The translations under genes were made by a program, and so were the position numbers. This document shows, in pieces, positions 24,953 through 35,896 of a stretch of DNA of 64,000 nucleotides (within the stretch, counting starts at the first letter, position 1; each line of letters begins with the position of its first letter). The stretch covers positions 26,040,001 to 26,104,000 of the forward strand of contig NW_027361726.1 of the NCBI RefSeq assembly GCF_039654945.1, in the 5' to 3' direction. Under the pieces are notes generated by a model, which did not search any database, was not told the DNA's origin, and saw only the letters and a program-made list of their open reading frames with translations. The DNA is from Dendrobates tinctorius (lineage: Eukaryota).

Positions 24953-27900
24953 TGTGGCGCCACTGAGGCTCAGTCGCCACAGAGGTACTACACCTTCTCC
25001 TAAGGTGTGGTGTCCCACCACCTAGGTAACTTGGGAGCTCCTTTCCACACTCCAACACTTGCATCCCACACGACAGGGTTGTTCAGCACAACCACATTGA
25101 GGTCTCTCTCTCCTCCTAGACATTAGCAGTGCTTTGGTGGTTTCCTGCTTGGAACACTGGATGTGCTGGGAGGTGGGTGGAGTTGAGATCCATATAAAAG
25201 ATGGGGAAGGTTTAGAATTACAGATCAGTCTGGAGGTCAGCCTGACGGGAGGTCAGGCGAGAGAAGGATAGTCAGTCAGGAGAGTCTAAGGACGGGTCCG
25301 AGGAGAAGGAGTGCTGCAGCTGCCTCAGTGATCTGAGCCATCTGGCATGGGAAAAGAACAGAAGGAGAAAGACGTAGAACTGCAACCTAAGCTTCCATAA
25401 GAGAGAGAAAGAACAGAGGTACTAAACCTTCTCCTAAGGTGTAGTGCCCCACCAGCTAGGTAAGTTGGGAACTTCTTTCCACACTCCAACACTCGCATCC
25501 CACACAACAGGATAGTTCAGCACAACCACATTGAGGTCTCTCTCTCCTCCTAGACATTAGGAGTGCCTTGGTGGTTTCCTGCTTGGAACACTGGATGTGC
25601 TGGGAGGTGGGTGGAGTTGAAATTCATATAAAAGATGGGGAAGGTTTAGGATTACAGATCAGTGTGGAGGTCAGCCTGACGGGAGGTCAGGAGAGTCTGA
25701 GGACGGGTCTGAGAAGGAGTGCTGCAGCTGCCTCAGTGATCTGAGCCAGCTGGCATGGGAAAGGAACAGAAGGAGAAAGATGTAGAACTGCAACCTAAGC
25801 TTCCATAAGAGAGAGAAAGAACAGTGCGGAATGAAGGAGTAGGAGAACAGAGAGGAGACGTGGGTTGGAAGAGGAACCCTGCCTATAGGTTCTCAGTGCA
25901 AGGCCGGGGCCCGGTCCCCGAGGTTGTATGGACACTTATGGTTCTGCATCAGACACCGGTGGAGTAGTTGGCTGTAAATGCATTACTCCCAACTTAGACT
26001 CTGGGCACAACAGCAACTGAATAGAGAGCCAGGACTCCGGAGAAAGGGGTCCCCGACAGAGGCTACAGCTGTCTGCCATACGAGTAGAATTACTAGGAAC
26101 ATCTGACAGGAGGAACTCCAGAGTACCACGGTACTGGAGAGCTTCACACTAAAAGGCGCATTAGTGGAGTCGTTCAGGAAAGGTACATGTTGGCAGAGTG
26201 TTGGAGAGGAGAGCCCTGACTTGCTCGGGAGGTTGACTGAGTCTCTGCCCCGGAGGACACGGCATGGAAGCGGGCACCAGTGTGTACCACGAACTGTGAG
26301 TAAAGCTTTGGAACTGCAAGCCCTGGTGTCTTACATTCATTTGTGCGCTAACACCGTCAGCACCGCTACATCTGGGTACCAACATTCCTCACACCGCCTG
26401 CGCCTATTCTCATCTATTGAAATTACACTGCCCTGGGGTTACAGCTTCACCTGTGGGGAGCAACACCATCTATGCTGCAACACACCATCAGCCCCAGAGG
26501 ATCTGCACGCAGCGTTGGCTTAACATCTTGCTTGCCAAACACCACAGGTGGCGTCACGAGCTGTTCGCATAAACTATATCACAAACCCCCATTGATTTTG
26601 GCGCCCAGGGCCACGGACTGGGTCACCACTGCTGTGACACAATTCCCCCTGACACCGGCCCGGTACCGAGTACCCCATGGCCCTGGGAGGGCGACCCAAC
26701 TTGGCATCACGAACAGGATGACGAGACCCGATACCATCGGGTTCTGTGTGCCTAAGATTTGTTGGACTTTATACTTTTGAAAATGTGCAGAAGACCTGAT
26801 TTGATGGACTTTAAAATGGACATTAGAAATGGCTGCTGGCGCGGAGAAGAAGGGTAGGAAGAGATGGGAGGTCCTAGAAAAAGACTACGAAGAGTATTGG
26901 GCCTTCCCTGCCTGAATTACTATGTGACAGCGACATGGCCCACCCTGTGAGGGATTCGAATACTGGCTTGGTACGGAGGCGCTGGAAGAAGACGCCGCCC
27001 CCGGAAGGAGGGGCAGAAGAAGCCAGTGGCAGGAAAGGGGCCAAGGCAGGAAGAACGCCAGTGCGCCATTTTGGAGAGTGAGGGAAGGAGGCCTGCGGAG
27101 CACGGGGAAACGGATTTCCCTGGTGCCATAGCTGAAGGCTCCAACCTGATCCCCGGGATGAATCACCAATAGCTGGAGGACGAGATTATCCAGCTGACGC
27201 GCCGCCTGCGACTGAGGCGAGAAGCGCTATGGACATTAAATCTGCAGCATGCTCAGGAGCGACCTACGCCTGCGGTACCCGCGACACCGGTACCCGCCGC
27301 TGCTGCACCAGACCTTTTCCCGGCAGACCCCGTGGAGCCTGGAGCCGCTGCCATGCCACCGGCAGCATACCCTGTTCCCTCTCTGCCGCTACCACCGGAG
27401 GAATTGTACACAGCCCAGAGAGCTGAAGTGGAGGAAGAGAAGCCCCTGCCCGGATCTGCGCGGCTGCGCAGTTCCCGCCAGCGACCCCCGCGGAGCCGAA
27501 GCTGCCATTGGCCCCACCGCCGTCCCCGGTGTCTCACCGGGCAACACCCGTTGCCACCACGTCTGCACCGGAGTGGAGACCGCACTGCCGGGAACTCCCA
27601 GGTATATACCCCGGCCCTCATAATGGGTTGATGGGGAGGTGGAGGAGGTCCCTGCTGCCAGGGGTACGGTTGGAGCCGGCACACCCGATCCAACATCTTC
27701 AGGGAAGAGGGGGGTCTGGATCGTTTTGGAATGGTGATCTCGGGATACCTTCACTGCCAAGTCCCCAGGTAATTGCTTGCCAGCGCCGACAAGCTGCAGA
27801 AGCCCTGGGAGCTCGACCTCGTACCAGGACAGCGGAACCACCTATCGAGGAGGAACAGTTGATGGGCATTGAGATGCATCATGGGTTCCCTTTGCCACAG

Positions 27901-30305
27901 CTTCAAGGCCCTTTAGCAAGAAACCAGAATCAGGATGAGGACAGTTCCAGTTCGGCTTCCAGAACCCCAGGAGGGGACCACAATTTGAAAATTTTCAAAA
28001 TCTCGTTACCCCATGAGGGTTTGTTTGCACCGTTGTGCCTGTTTCTATTTTTGTTGTTATCTTGTTTTTCTGGTAGCACTTTTGTTGCCTAATTTTTGCA
28101 GTGGCAGCATTCTTCAATTTTGAACTACAGTGATCATGAACTTGGAGTGTATCACAAACTCTCTTGTAAATAGTTTGCACCTCTTTAGGTGCCCTCTCTT
28201 GGTTTTACATAAGGACACTTTTCGAAGATGATGTCTACCTCAAAGGACACTGCAAGAAGTCCCGGCTGGGAGCGGTGTCCAGCACTTACAAGAATCTTTG
28301 AAATGTTTTATTGTTGATGATGTGTTTTATAAGAGTATTAGAAACTGAGAAATGGCTTTTATAGAGAATTGAGAATGTTTTGATGCAGAATTAAGAATAA
28401 AGAATTGAAAGTAGGCAGGTGACGGACCAGGTACTTGCGGTCAGCGTCTTGCGTCTAGAAGAGACAGTCAAAGTAGAAAAATGATAAAGAAACGTGTACT
28501 AGAGAAAGAAAAGCTGAATAATACTGAAGTGATAGTGAGTCACAGATAATGGCACTTAGAATGGAAAATTGCACTTTTTGACTTGAAATTTAGATAGTTA
28601 AATAAGAATTGTTTGTATCGTTCAAGAATAAGTACCTCCTATACTAGGAAGTTTAGTATAAGAATTGTTTATGCAGCATTAAAAAAAATTTTTGTATGTT
28701 CCTGTACTGTCAACTTTGTTTACCTTGCAGCCCGCGGACGTGCTGTGCTTAACGGGGGGGTATGTGGCGCCACTGAGGCTCAGTCGCCACAGAGGTACTA
28801 CACCTTCTCCTAAGGTGTGGTGTCCCACCACCTAGGCAACTTGGGAGCTCCTTTCCACACTCCAACACTTGCATCCCACACGACAGGGTTGTTCAGCACA
28901 ACCACATTGAGGTCTCTCTCTCCTCCTAGACATTAGGAGTGCTTTGGTGGTTTCCTGCTTGGAACACTGGATGTGCTGGGAGGTGGGTGGAGTTGAGATC
29001 CATATAAAAGATGGGGAAGGTTTAGAATTACAGATCAGTCTGGAGGTCAGCCTGACGGGAGGTCAGGCGAGAGAAGGATAGTCAGTCAGGAGAGTCTAAG
29101 GACGGGTCCGAGGAGAAGGAGTGCTGCAGCTGCCTCAGTGATCTGAGCCAGCTGGCATGGGAAAAGAACAGAAGGAGAAAGACGTAGAACTGCAACCTAA
29201 GCTTCCATAAGAGAGAGAAAGAACAGTGCGGAACGAAGGAGTAGGAGAACAGAGAGGAGACATGGGTTGGAAGAGGAACCCTGCCTATAGGTTCTCAGCG
29301 CAAGGCCGGGGTCCGGTCCCCGAGGTTGTATGGACACTTATGGTTCTGCAGCAGACACTGGTGGAGTAGTTGGCTGTAAATGCATTACTCCCAACTTAGA
29401 CTCGGGGCACAACAGCAACTGAATAGAGAGCCAGGACTCCGGAGAAAGGGGTCCCTGACAGAGGCTACAGCTGTCTGCCATACGAGTAGAAATGCTAGGA
29501 ACATCTGACATGAGGAACTCCAGAGTACCACGGTACTGGAGAGCTTCACACTAAATTGCGCATTGGTGGAGTCGTTCAGGAAAGGTACATGTTGGCGGAG
29601 TGTTGGAGAGGAGAGCCCTGACTTGCCTGGGAGGTTGACTGAGTCTCTGCCCCGCAGGACACGGCATGGAAGTGGGCACCAGTGTGTACCACGGACTATG
29701 AGTATAGCTTTGGAACTGCAAGCCCTGGTGTATTCCATTCATTTGTGCGCTAACACCGTCAGCACCGCTACATTTGGGTACCAGCATTCCTCACACCGCC
29801 TGCGCCTATTCTCATCTATTGCAATTACACTGCCCTGGGGTTACAGCTTCACCTGTGGGGAGCAACACCATCTATGCTGCAACACACCATCAGCTCCAGA
29901 GGATCCGCACGCAGCGTTGGCTTAACATCTTGCTTGCCAAACACCACAGGTGGCGTCACGAACTATTCCATTAACTACATATACATTCCGCCATTGACTT
30001 GGGCGCCCAGGGCCACGGTCCTGTCACTGCTGCTGTGACACATTCCCTTGACACCGGCCTGGTACCGAGTACCCCACAGCCCTTGGAGGGCGACCCATGT
30101 CTCTCTCCTTGCCGAGTCCCTCCTGCTGGTCTCCACCGCTCATTTTATAGTTGCTACGCCCCCTTTCTTTATCCCACCCCCACGTCTCCTGATCGACTGT
30201 TTGTCCTGGCCTACAATCATTTCCCCCAAGAACGTACCCCGTGGGAACCCTGGTGACAGCCCCCATAGTTCCGGCCCGGATGCACAGCAAGCCCCTTTTC
30301 CGGGG

Positions 30306-30761
30306 CTGCGCCGATGAGGCCGAGGATAGCAGAGCAGACTGTGCTGATAGAGGAAGAGAGACTGCACCAATGAAGCTGAGGATAGTGGAGCAGACTGCGC
30401 TGATAGAGGAAGAGAATGCATTGATGAGGCCGAGGATAGCGGAGCAGACTGTGCTGATTGAGGAAAGACTGCACCGATGAAGCTGAGGATAGCAGAGCAG
30501 ACTACACTGATAGAAGAAAAGAATGCACCGATGAGGTCGAGGATAGTGGAGAGGACTGTGCTGATAGAGGACGAGACTGCACCGATGAAGCTGAGTATAG
30601 TGGAGCAGACTGCGCACCGATGAGGCAGAGGATAGTGGAGCAGACTGCACTGGTAGAGGAAGAGACTGCACTAATGAGGCCGAGGATAGCGAAGCAGACT
30701 GCGCTGATAGAGGAAGAGAATACACCGATGAGGCCGAGGATAGTGAAGCAGACTACGCTGG
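30306..30761. repeat. 54-bp minisatellite (continuation of the 20465-20876 array; last remnant at 35897-35923)
   Basis: GAGGCCGAGGATAG every 54 bp. Confidence 0.93.
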
Positions 30762-31925
30762 TGTAGGTAACAGCAGGTTCGCAGGATGCAGTGACGAGAC
30801 GCGAAACTGGTTGAACTTTGAAAAGCAAACTTTTTGTGCAACCAAACACTATTTGGAAAGAACACGACTAATCTGGCCGAGGCCGGTTACTATGGGGCTA
30901 CGGTATGGCCGTCTACGGGTCCTTATACTCTATAATGTCACTTATCCGTCCTGACATCCCTCGGCGTCTCTGTGGAAGCTGTGTTGCTGATGAAGCTGCT
31001 TTGGTGTCTTTGATAAGGCTGCTTTGGCGTCTTTGATGAGGCTGCTCTGGCGTCTTTGATGAGGCTGCTGTGGCGTCTTTGATGAGGCTGCCTTGGCATC
31101 GCAGCCGCTGGACCCAGCTACTGAAGATTTGGAGTAGTCTTCGGGCGCCCCAGCGCCCAGGAGGAGTTGCTGCCCAAGAGGCACTGATGGAGTCCTGAGA
31201 TGAAGTAAACCCCTGTTGTAACAGCGGGATTGCGCTTGTTAGCGAGTTCAATGGGACTCCTGTCCCCAAGCAGGGTTGTGTCGCAGTGCTCAAGAGTAGC
31301 AGTTTACTGGCCGCGCGCTCAGCCTGGGGCTGTGTGCAGAGCGCCTCTGTTGACGAGAAACAGGCCCCAACTGCCGATTGCAGTGGGATGAAGGCGGCTG
31401 TGAGCGGTGATAGACAGGTCGCAACCACGGGCTGATGTGAACCGGCAGCGTCCGCGGGTGGCAGCGGGCAGGCCGCAACCGCTGGCTGAAGGGGGGTGGC
31501 AGCAGCCAGGAGATGGAGCGTACAGGCCGTGGAGGGCTCGAGCTCAGCGGTAACGGCTGAGGATGACCGGGGGCAGATGATAACCCGGGATTGGGGTGAA
31601 GAGTCAGTCCCCTGTCTGCAAGCTTTGCGCCTCTTTCCTGAGGGCCACTGCATATCTACCCTCTGCTGCTGGTCTCTTCTTTGATTTGTCAGTGTCCTTC
31701 CCGCTCTCTCACGCCCCCTCCGTCTCCTGCTCCATGTCTGACGTATCACCAACTGACTCCTCTGCGCGCTCCCTGCCCCTTTTATACTCTCCCTTCCCCT
31801 TGCTGTCCTGTCACTCTCAACAGTCCACTCTCCTCCTCTGTTCCCCGGGTACTGTTTCCTTAGGAACTCAGATGGCGGTCCCCTTGTTCCGGCCCAGACA
31901 CTCTGTGGGGGTCCTCCTCCCTACA
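30762..31925 (-). mobile_element. 3' LTR ('LTR-2') of a defective Gypsy element
   Basis: TGTAGG...CCTACA inverted termini; preceded on the minus strand by PPT AGGATGGAGGAG (31926-31937); TATAAAA (minus) at 31780-31786. Confidence 0.9.
30913..31653 (-). CDS. Putative LTR-encoded Ala/Pro-rich protein (246 aa from the first in-frame ATG)
   Basis: Open frame downstream of the LTR TATA box; motif PGRWGARRLLQIFSSWVQRLRC has in-frame homologues in the two other LTRs. Confidence 0.4.
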   Translation of the reverse strand: MQWPSGKRRKACRQGTDSSPQSRVIICPRSSSAVTAELEPSTACTLHLLAAATPLQPAVAACPLPPADAAGSHQPVVATCLSPLTAAFIPLQSAVGACFSSTEALCTQPQAERAASKLLLLSTATQPCLGTGVPLNSLTSAIPLLQQGFTSSQDSISASWAATPPGRWGARRLLQIFSSWVQRLRCQGSLIKDATAASSKTPEQPHQRRQSSLIKDTKAASSATQLPQRRRGMSGRISDIIEYKDP

Positions 31926-32322
31926 CTCCTCCATCCTGTAAGCTCGCCAGTCCTCGGGCGAGGGCCTCAGTATACTTGGGCTGCTCTCCGGAGGTGTCAG
32001 TTTTCGTTGCCATAAGAACTGGTCCTGTTCGTATGGGGGGTTTGCCGGCTGTCGACCGCTCGGAGCATCTTAGTTCGACGAAGGTGGAGTCTTCTGGGGT
32101 GGTGGCCAGTGGTGGGCTAGCTGGTTCTGGCGGGCTAATTGTATCAGTTGGTTTGTCATCGAGTAGAGAGCCCCTGGTTATTGTGGGGAAGTCTTCTTCG
32201 TCGTCCGAGTCCCAGAACATGGGCAATGGTTCAGAGACCTGAGGAGCAGGTTCAGGTTGTTTCAGGTCAGTGGAAATACAGGGGCGTAGCATATTCCAAT
32301 GCACTATGTGGGTAGGCAGCGT

Positions 32323-34843
32323 TTAATCTTTCTCGTGTCGTATTTCGTAGACAGGTTCTTCAGGGTTTATACGGCGTAGGACCCGATAGGGACCCTCTTC
32401 CCAGCGTGGCTCTAATTTGTTCTGGGGACGTTGGTCTAGTACGAGTACTCGGTCTCCGCTTTGGAGGTCGGGAGATAGAGATGAACTCTTTCCTGGGTGT
32501 TCTAAGTCTTGAAGTTTGGTATTTACGATTCGATGAAGAGTTTGCACCCTGTGCCGGTGATTTCGGACCCATGATGATACCCCAGTCCAGGGCTGAGGTT
32601 CCTCTGGGTCCAACTCTACCTCCGTGATCCCCTTGCCCTCGCTTCCGAACAACAGGGAATAAGGGGTATAGCCAGTAACTCGATGTACTCGGTTGTTATA
32701 GACCCATACTAGTTCAGGGACATATTTGGGCCAATGGGCCTTCTTGTCACTCTCCAGACTACGCAAATTTGGATTAATGTCCGATTAAATCTCTCACAGG
32801 TCCCGTTTCCATGTGGGTGGTATGGCGTGGTCCGGGATTTGTCAATACCGTAGAGACGATGTAGTTCCTCCATTATTTTTCCCAAAAAACATGCTCCTTG
32901 ATCGGAATGTATCCGTTGAGGGCAGCCGTAAACTTGTATAAAGTTTCTACAAATTGCGGAGGCAGCCGACTCCGTGGTCTGGTCTTGAGTGGGGGTAACC
33001 ACAGCGAACTTAGTGAAATGGTCTACCATGACGAGGCAGTGTTCATGCCCCTGGAATGCGGGACCAATGGTCAGGTAATCCACAGTCAGAAGCTCGAGGG
33101 GCGCTGAGGTCACGATTGTTTGTACTGGGGCTCACTGTGCGGGCGGTTTAGCTAATTCGCATAGGCGACAGGTCTGGCAAGTCTCGTCCACAACAGCATG
33201 CAAGCGTGGATGGTAAATTTTCTGTTGTAACCATTGCAAGGTCTTTTGAGCTCTGAAATGAGACCCTTTTTCGTGGGCTTCTCGAGCCAGTTCGTTAAGT
33301 TGGGCTCCTGGAGTAACTACCTGCCAAATCGTCATAGATGTTGTTCGTGATGTCATTTTACGATACAATAGTCCCTTTCGGATAACCAGTCTCTCCTATT
33401 GTCGTAACATCAGTGACATGTCCTGAGTCAAAATCTGTCTTTGGGAGTCAGTGGGCAATTTGCCAGCGGTTACCCATTTCCGGAGAACCCCAATTTCTTC
33501 GTCTTCTTGCTGCTGTTGGATCCACTTATCCCGGGATTGTCCCAGCATGCTCCTTAGGGTCTCTGTGGGAGGTACTTCCTGGGCGGCAGCTGTAAGCACG
33601 GCAGCGGTGAGGGCGAACAGTATCTCTTCCCCTTCTAGTTCGTCGTCTCGACTTTTCCCTGGGGTTGTATGTCGAATCCTGGAGAGAGCATCAGGGTGTA
33701 CATTCTCGGCCCCTCTTTTATAGATAATTTTATAGTTGAATTTCGCCATCCAGGCCACCCATCTTTGTTCCAGAGCTCCCAGTTTGGTACTTTCCAAATG
33801 GGCCAGCGGGTTATTGTCGTTCCACACCACTACTTCAGAGCCCGCCAGGTACTCTGCGAACCGCTCCGTCATGGCCCACACTACTGCGAGGAGCTCGAGC
33901 TTAAAGGAGCTGTAATTGTCAGGGTTGCACTTGGAATCATGGAATGAACGGCTTCCATACGCGATCACTCTCTCCTGGCCATCTTGAACTTGTGACAACA
34001 CAGCCCCAGCCCGTGAAGACTCCCGTCAGTGTGCAGGATGAATGGTTGTGAGAAATCCGCATAAGCCAACACCGGAGCATCCGAAAGCGCAGCCTTAACG
34101 TCTTGGAAGGCCTCTTCTTGAGGTTGTCGCCACTGGATTTTTCGTCCATTTGCCCCAGCGGGAGCCCCCTTCAGCAGGTTGTGCAGGGCTCGAGCCCGGC
34201 ATGCAAAATTCTTTACGAAACGACCGTAGTATCCGGCCAACCCCAGGAAGGCCCGCACGTCTTTTATCGTCTCGGGGGTAGGCCATCCCTGAATGACAGC
34301 AACCTTTTCCCGGAACGGCCTTACGCCCTCCGCTGAGACGACATGAGCCAGATATTCAATCTGGGTGCGAAATAGATGGCATTTTTGGGGTTTTACCTTC
34401 AAACCGTACTTTTGCAGCTATCCGAGTACCTGCCCCAACTGCTTCAGTTGGTCCTCAAAAGTGGCAGCATAGATGAACATATCATCCAGGTATATCAACG
34501 TGGCCACAAAATTGAGATCTCCCAAACACCGCTCCATCAACCGCTGAAAGGTCCCCGGAGTGTTAGCCAGTCCGAACGGCATTCGATTAAACTCAAATAG
34601 CCCCATAGGAAGTATGAACGCCGTCTTAGCCCTGTCTTCTTCTGACATGGGTACCTGCCAGTACCCACTGGCCAGGTCCAAAGTAGAAAAGTACGTTGCC
34701 TTCCCCAAGGCGGACAAGGATTCTTCTATTCGGGGTGGTGGGTACGAGTCTTTGATAGTACAAGCATTCAGCTTTCGATAGTCCACGCAGAATCGTAAGG
34801 TGCCATCCTTTTTGCAGACCAACACAATAGGAGCCGCCCAGGG
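32323..34843 (-). pseudogene. pol: Gypsy pol remnant (RT, RNase H, integrase) with frameshifts and stops; gag and protease deleted
   Basis: PWAAPIVLV-KKDG...CVDYRKLN, LDLASGYWQV, YLDD (34418-34825); HTDGS and YSSFKLELLAVVWA; H-H-C-C zinc motif; IHSDQG...ERFNRTL; GPY motif. Confidence 0.95.
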
Positions 34844-34844
34844 G

Positions 34845-35896
34845 TATTTGCAGGTACGCAGGATGCAGTGACGAGTCGCGAAACAATTTGGTGCTTTCTA
34901 TTTCTATATTATTATTATTATTACTTTCTAAAATAACGTTTATAAGACTAGAGGGAACTTTCCTCAGTCTCGGCCTGATCGCCAACAGGGGTAACACGGG
35001 TTGCCCTCGCAGGAGCTATAGACAAGCAAACACAGATAGGTAGAACACGACTACTTCCGGCAATAGCCGGTCACTATAGGGACGTGGTATGGCCGACTAT
35101 GGGTCCTTAATTGTAAAGACAATTTAGCTGCCCAGACGTCCCTCGCCGTTCGGGTTGGTGGTCTTTCGGTGTAGTAGTTGCTGGGCCCAGTTGCTGAGGC
35201 GTTGATGGAGTCTTCGCGCCCTCCGGCGCACTGGTGACACTGGAGTCCCACAGGCCCCGGCGGAGTCCTTGGACAGGTGGGCCGCAGGCCCTGGCCTGGG
35301 GCAAGCGGTAGCGATGGGTGGTGGCGAATGACAGGCCACCTGCGCAGCTAGCGGCTGCGATGGGGAGTCCGCGGTCAGCAGAGGCCTGGCCCCTGCTGCA
35401 GACTGGAGCGGGACAGTGGTGGCCGCCGATGGCACGGTACTTGCCGTGGCCATGGGCGAGAGTGGGGTGGCGGCGGGTGGCAGGGAACAGGCCACAGCCG
35501 CAGGCTGAGGGGAGGCGGCGGTGGCCGCGGGCTAAGAAGATGCGGCAGCGGGTTGAACTGAGGCCGCAGTGGCCACGGGCTGGAGCGGGGCAGCATGTCT
35601 TGGCCGGTCGCCTTGGCACCGTCCCTCTGGAGTCCTCGGTGAGCGTCTTCTCTGGCACTGGTGGGTAGCTCTAGCTTCCAGTCGCTCCCACGCTCTCCTG
35701 CAGGCTCTGTCCCGGTCTGCTGACTCATCGTCCGGGGAATTCCCGCCTCCTTTATACTGGTCCCTCCCCCAGCCCATCTGTCAGTCAGAACGGTCCGTCC
35801 CCGAATTCTGTCACCCAGGGACAGTTTCCCCCGGAACCCAGATGACGGCTCCTTTGGTTCCGGCCCGGACACTCAACGGGGGCCGCTCCTCCAACA
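34845..35896 (-). mobile_element. Divergent LTR of the same family ('LTR-3'), fused directly to the start of RT
   Basis: Shared block GCAGGTACGCAGGATGCAGTGACGAG at 34850; ends ...CTCCAACA; TATAAA (minus) at 35751-35756. Confidence 0.82.

Larger units (their letters stand above)
21576..30097 (+). mobile_element. Non-autonomous LTR retrotransposon with internal 3811-bp tandem duplication (LTR-INT-partial LTR-LTR-INT-LTR)
   Basis: TG...CA ends; 4-bp TSD TGTC (21572-21575 / 30098-30101); LTRs at 21576-22887, 24953-25416 (partial), 25413-26698 and 28763-30097; PBS and PPT present; no RT/IN motifs in the ~2.06-kb internal part. Confidence 0.93.
20877..30311 (-). mobile_element. Solo Gypsy-family LTR ('LTR-1'; 20877-21575 plus 30102-~30311), split by a nested LTR element
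   Basis: TGTGG terminus plus shared block GCAGGTACGCAGGATGCAGTGACGAG; homologous to the LTR at 30762-31925; TATAAAA (minus) at 30143-30149; right terminus eroded. Confidence 0.8.
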
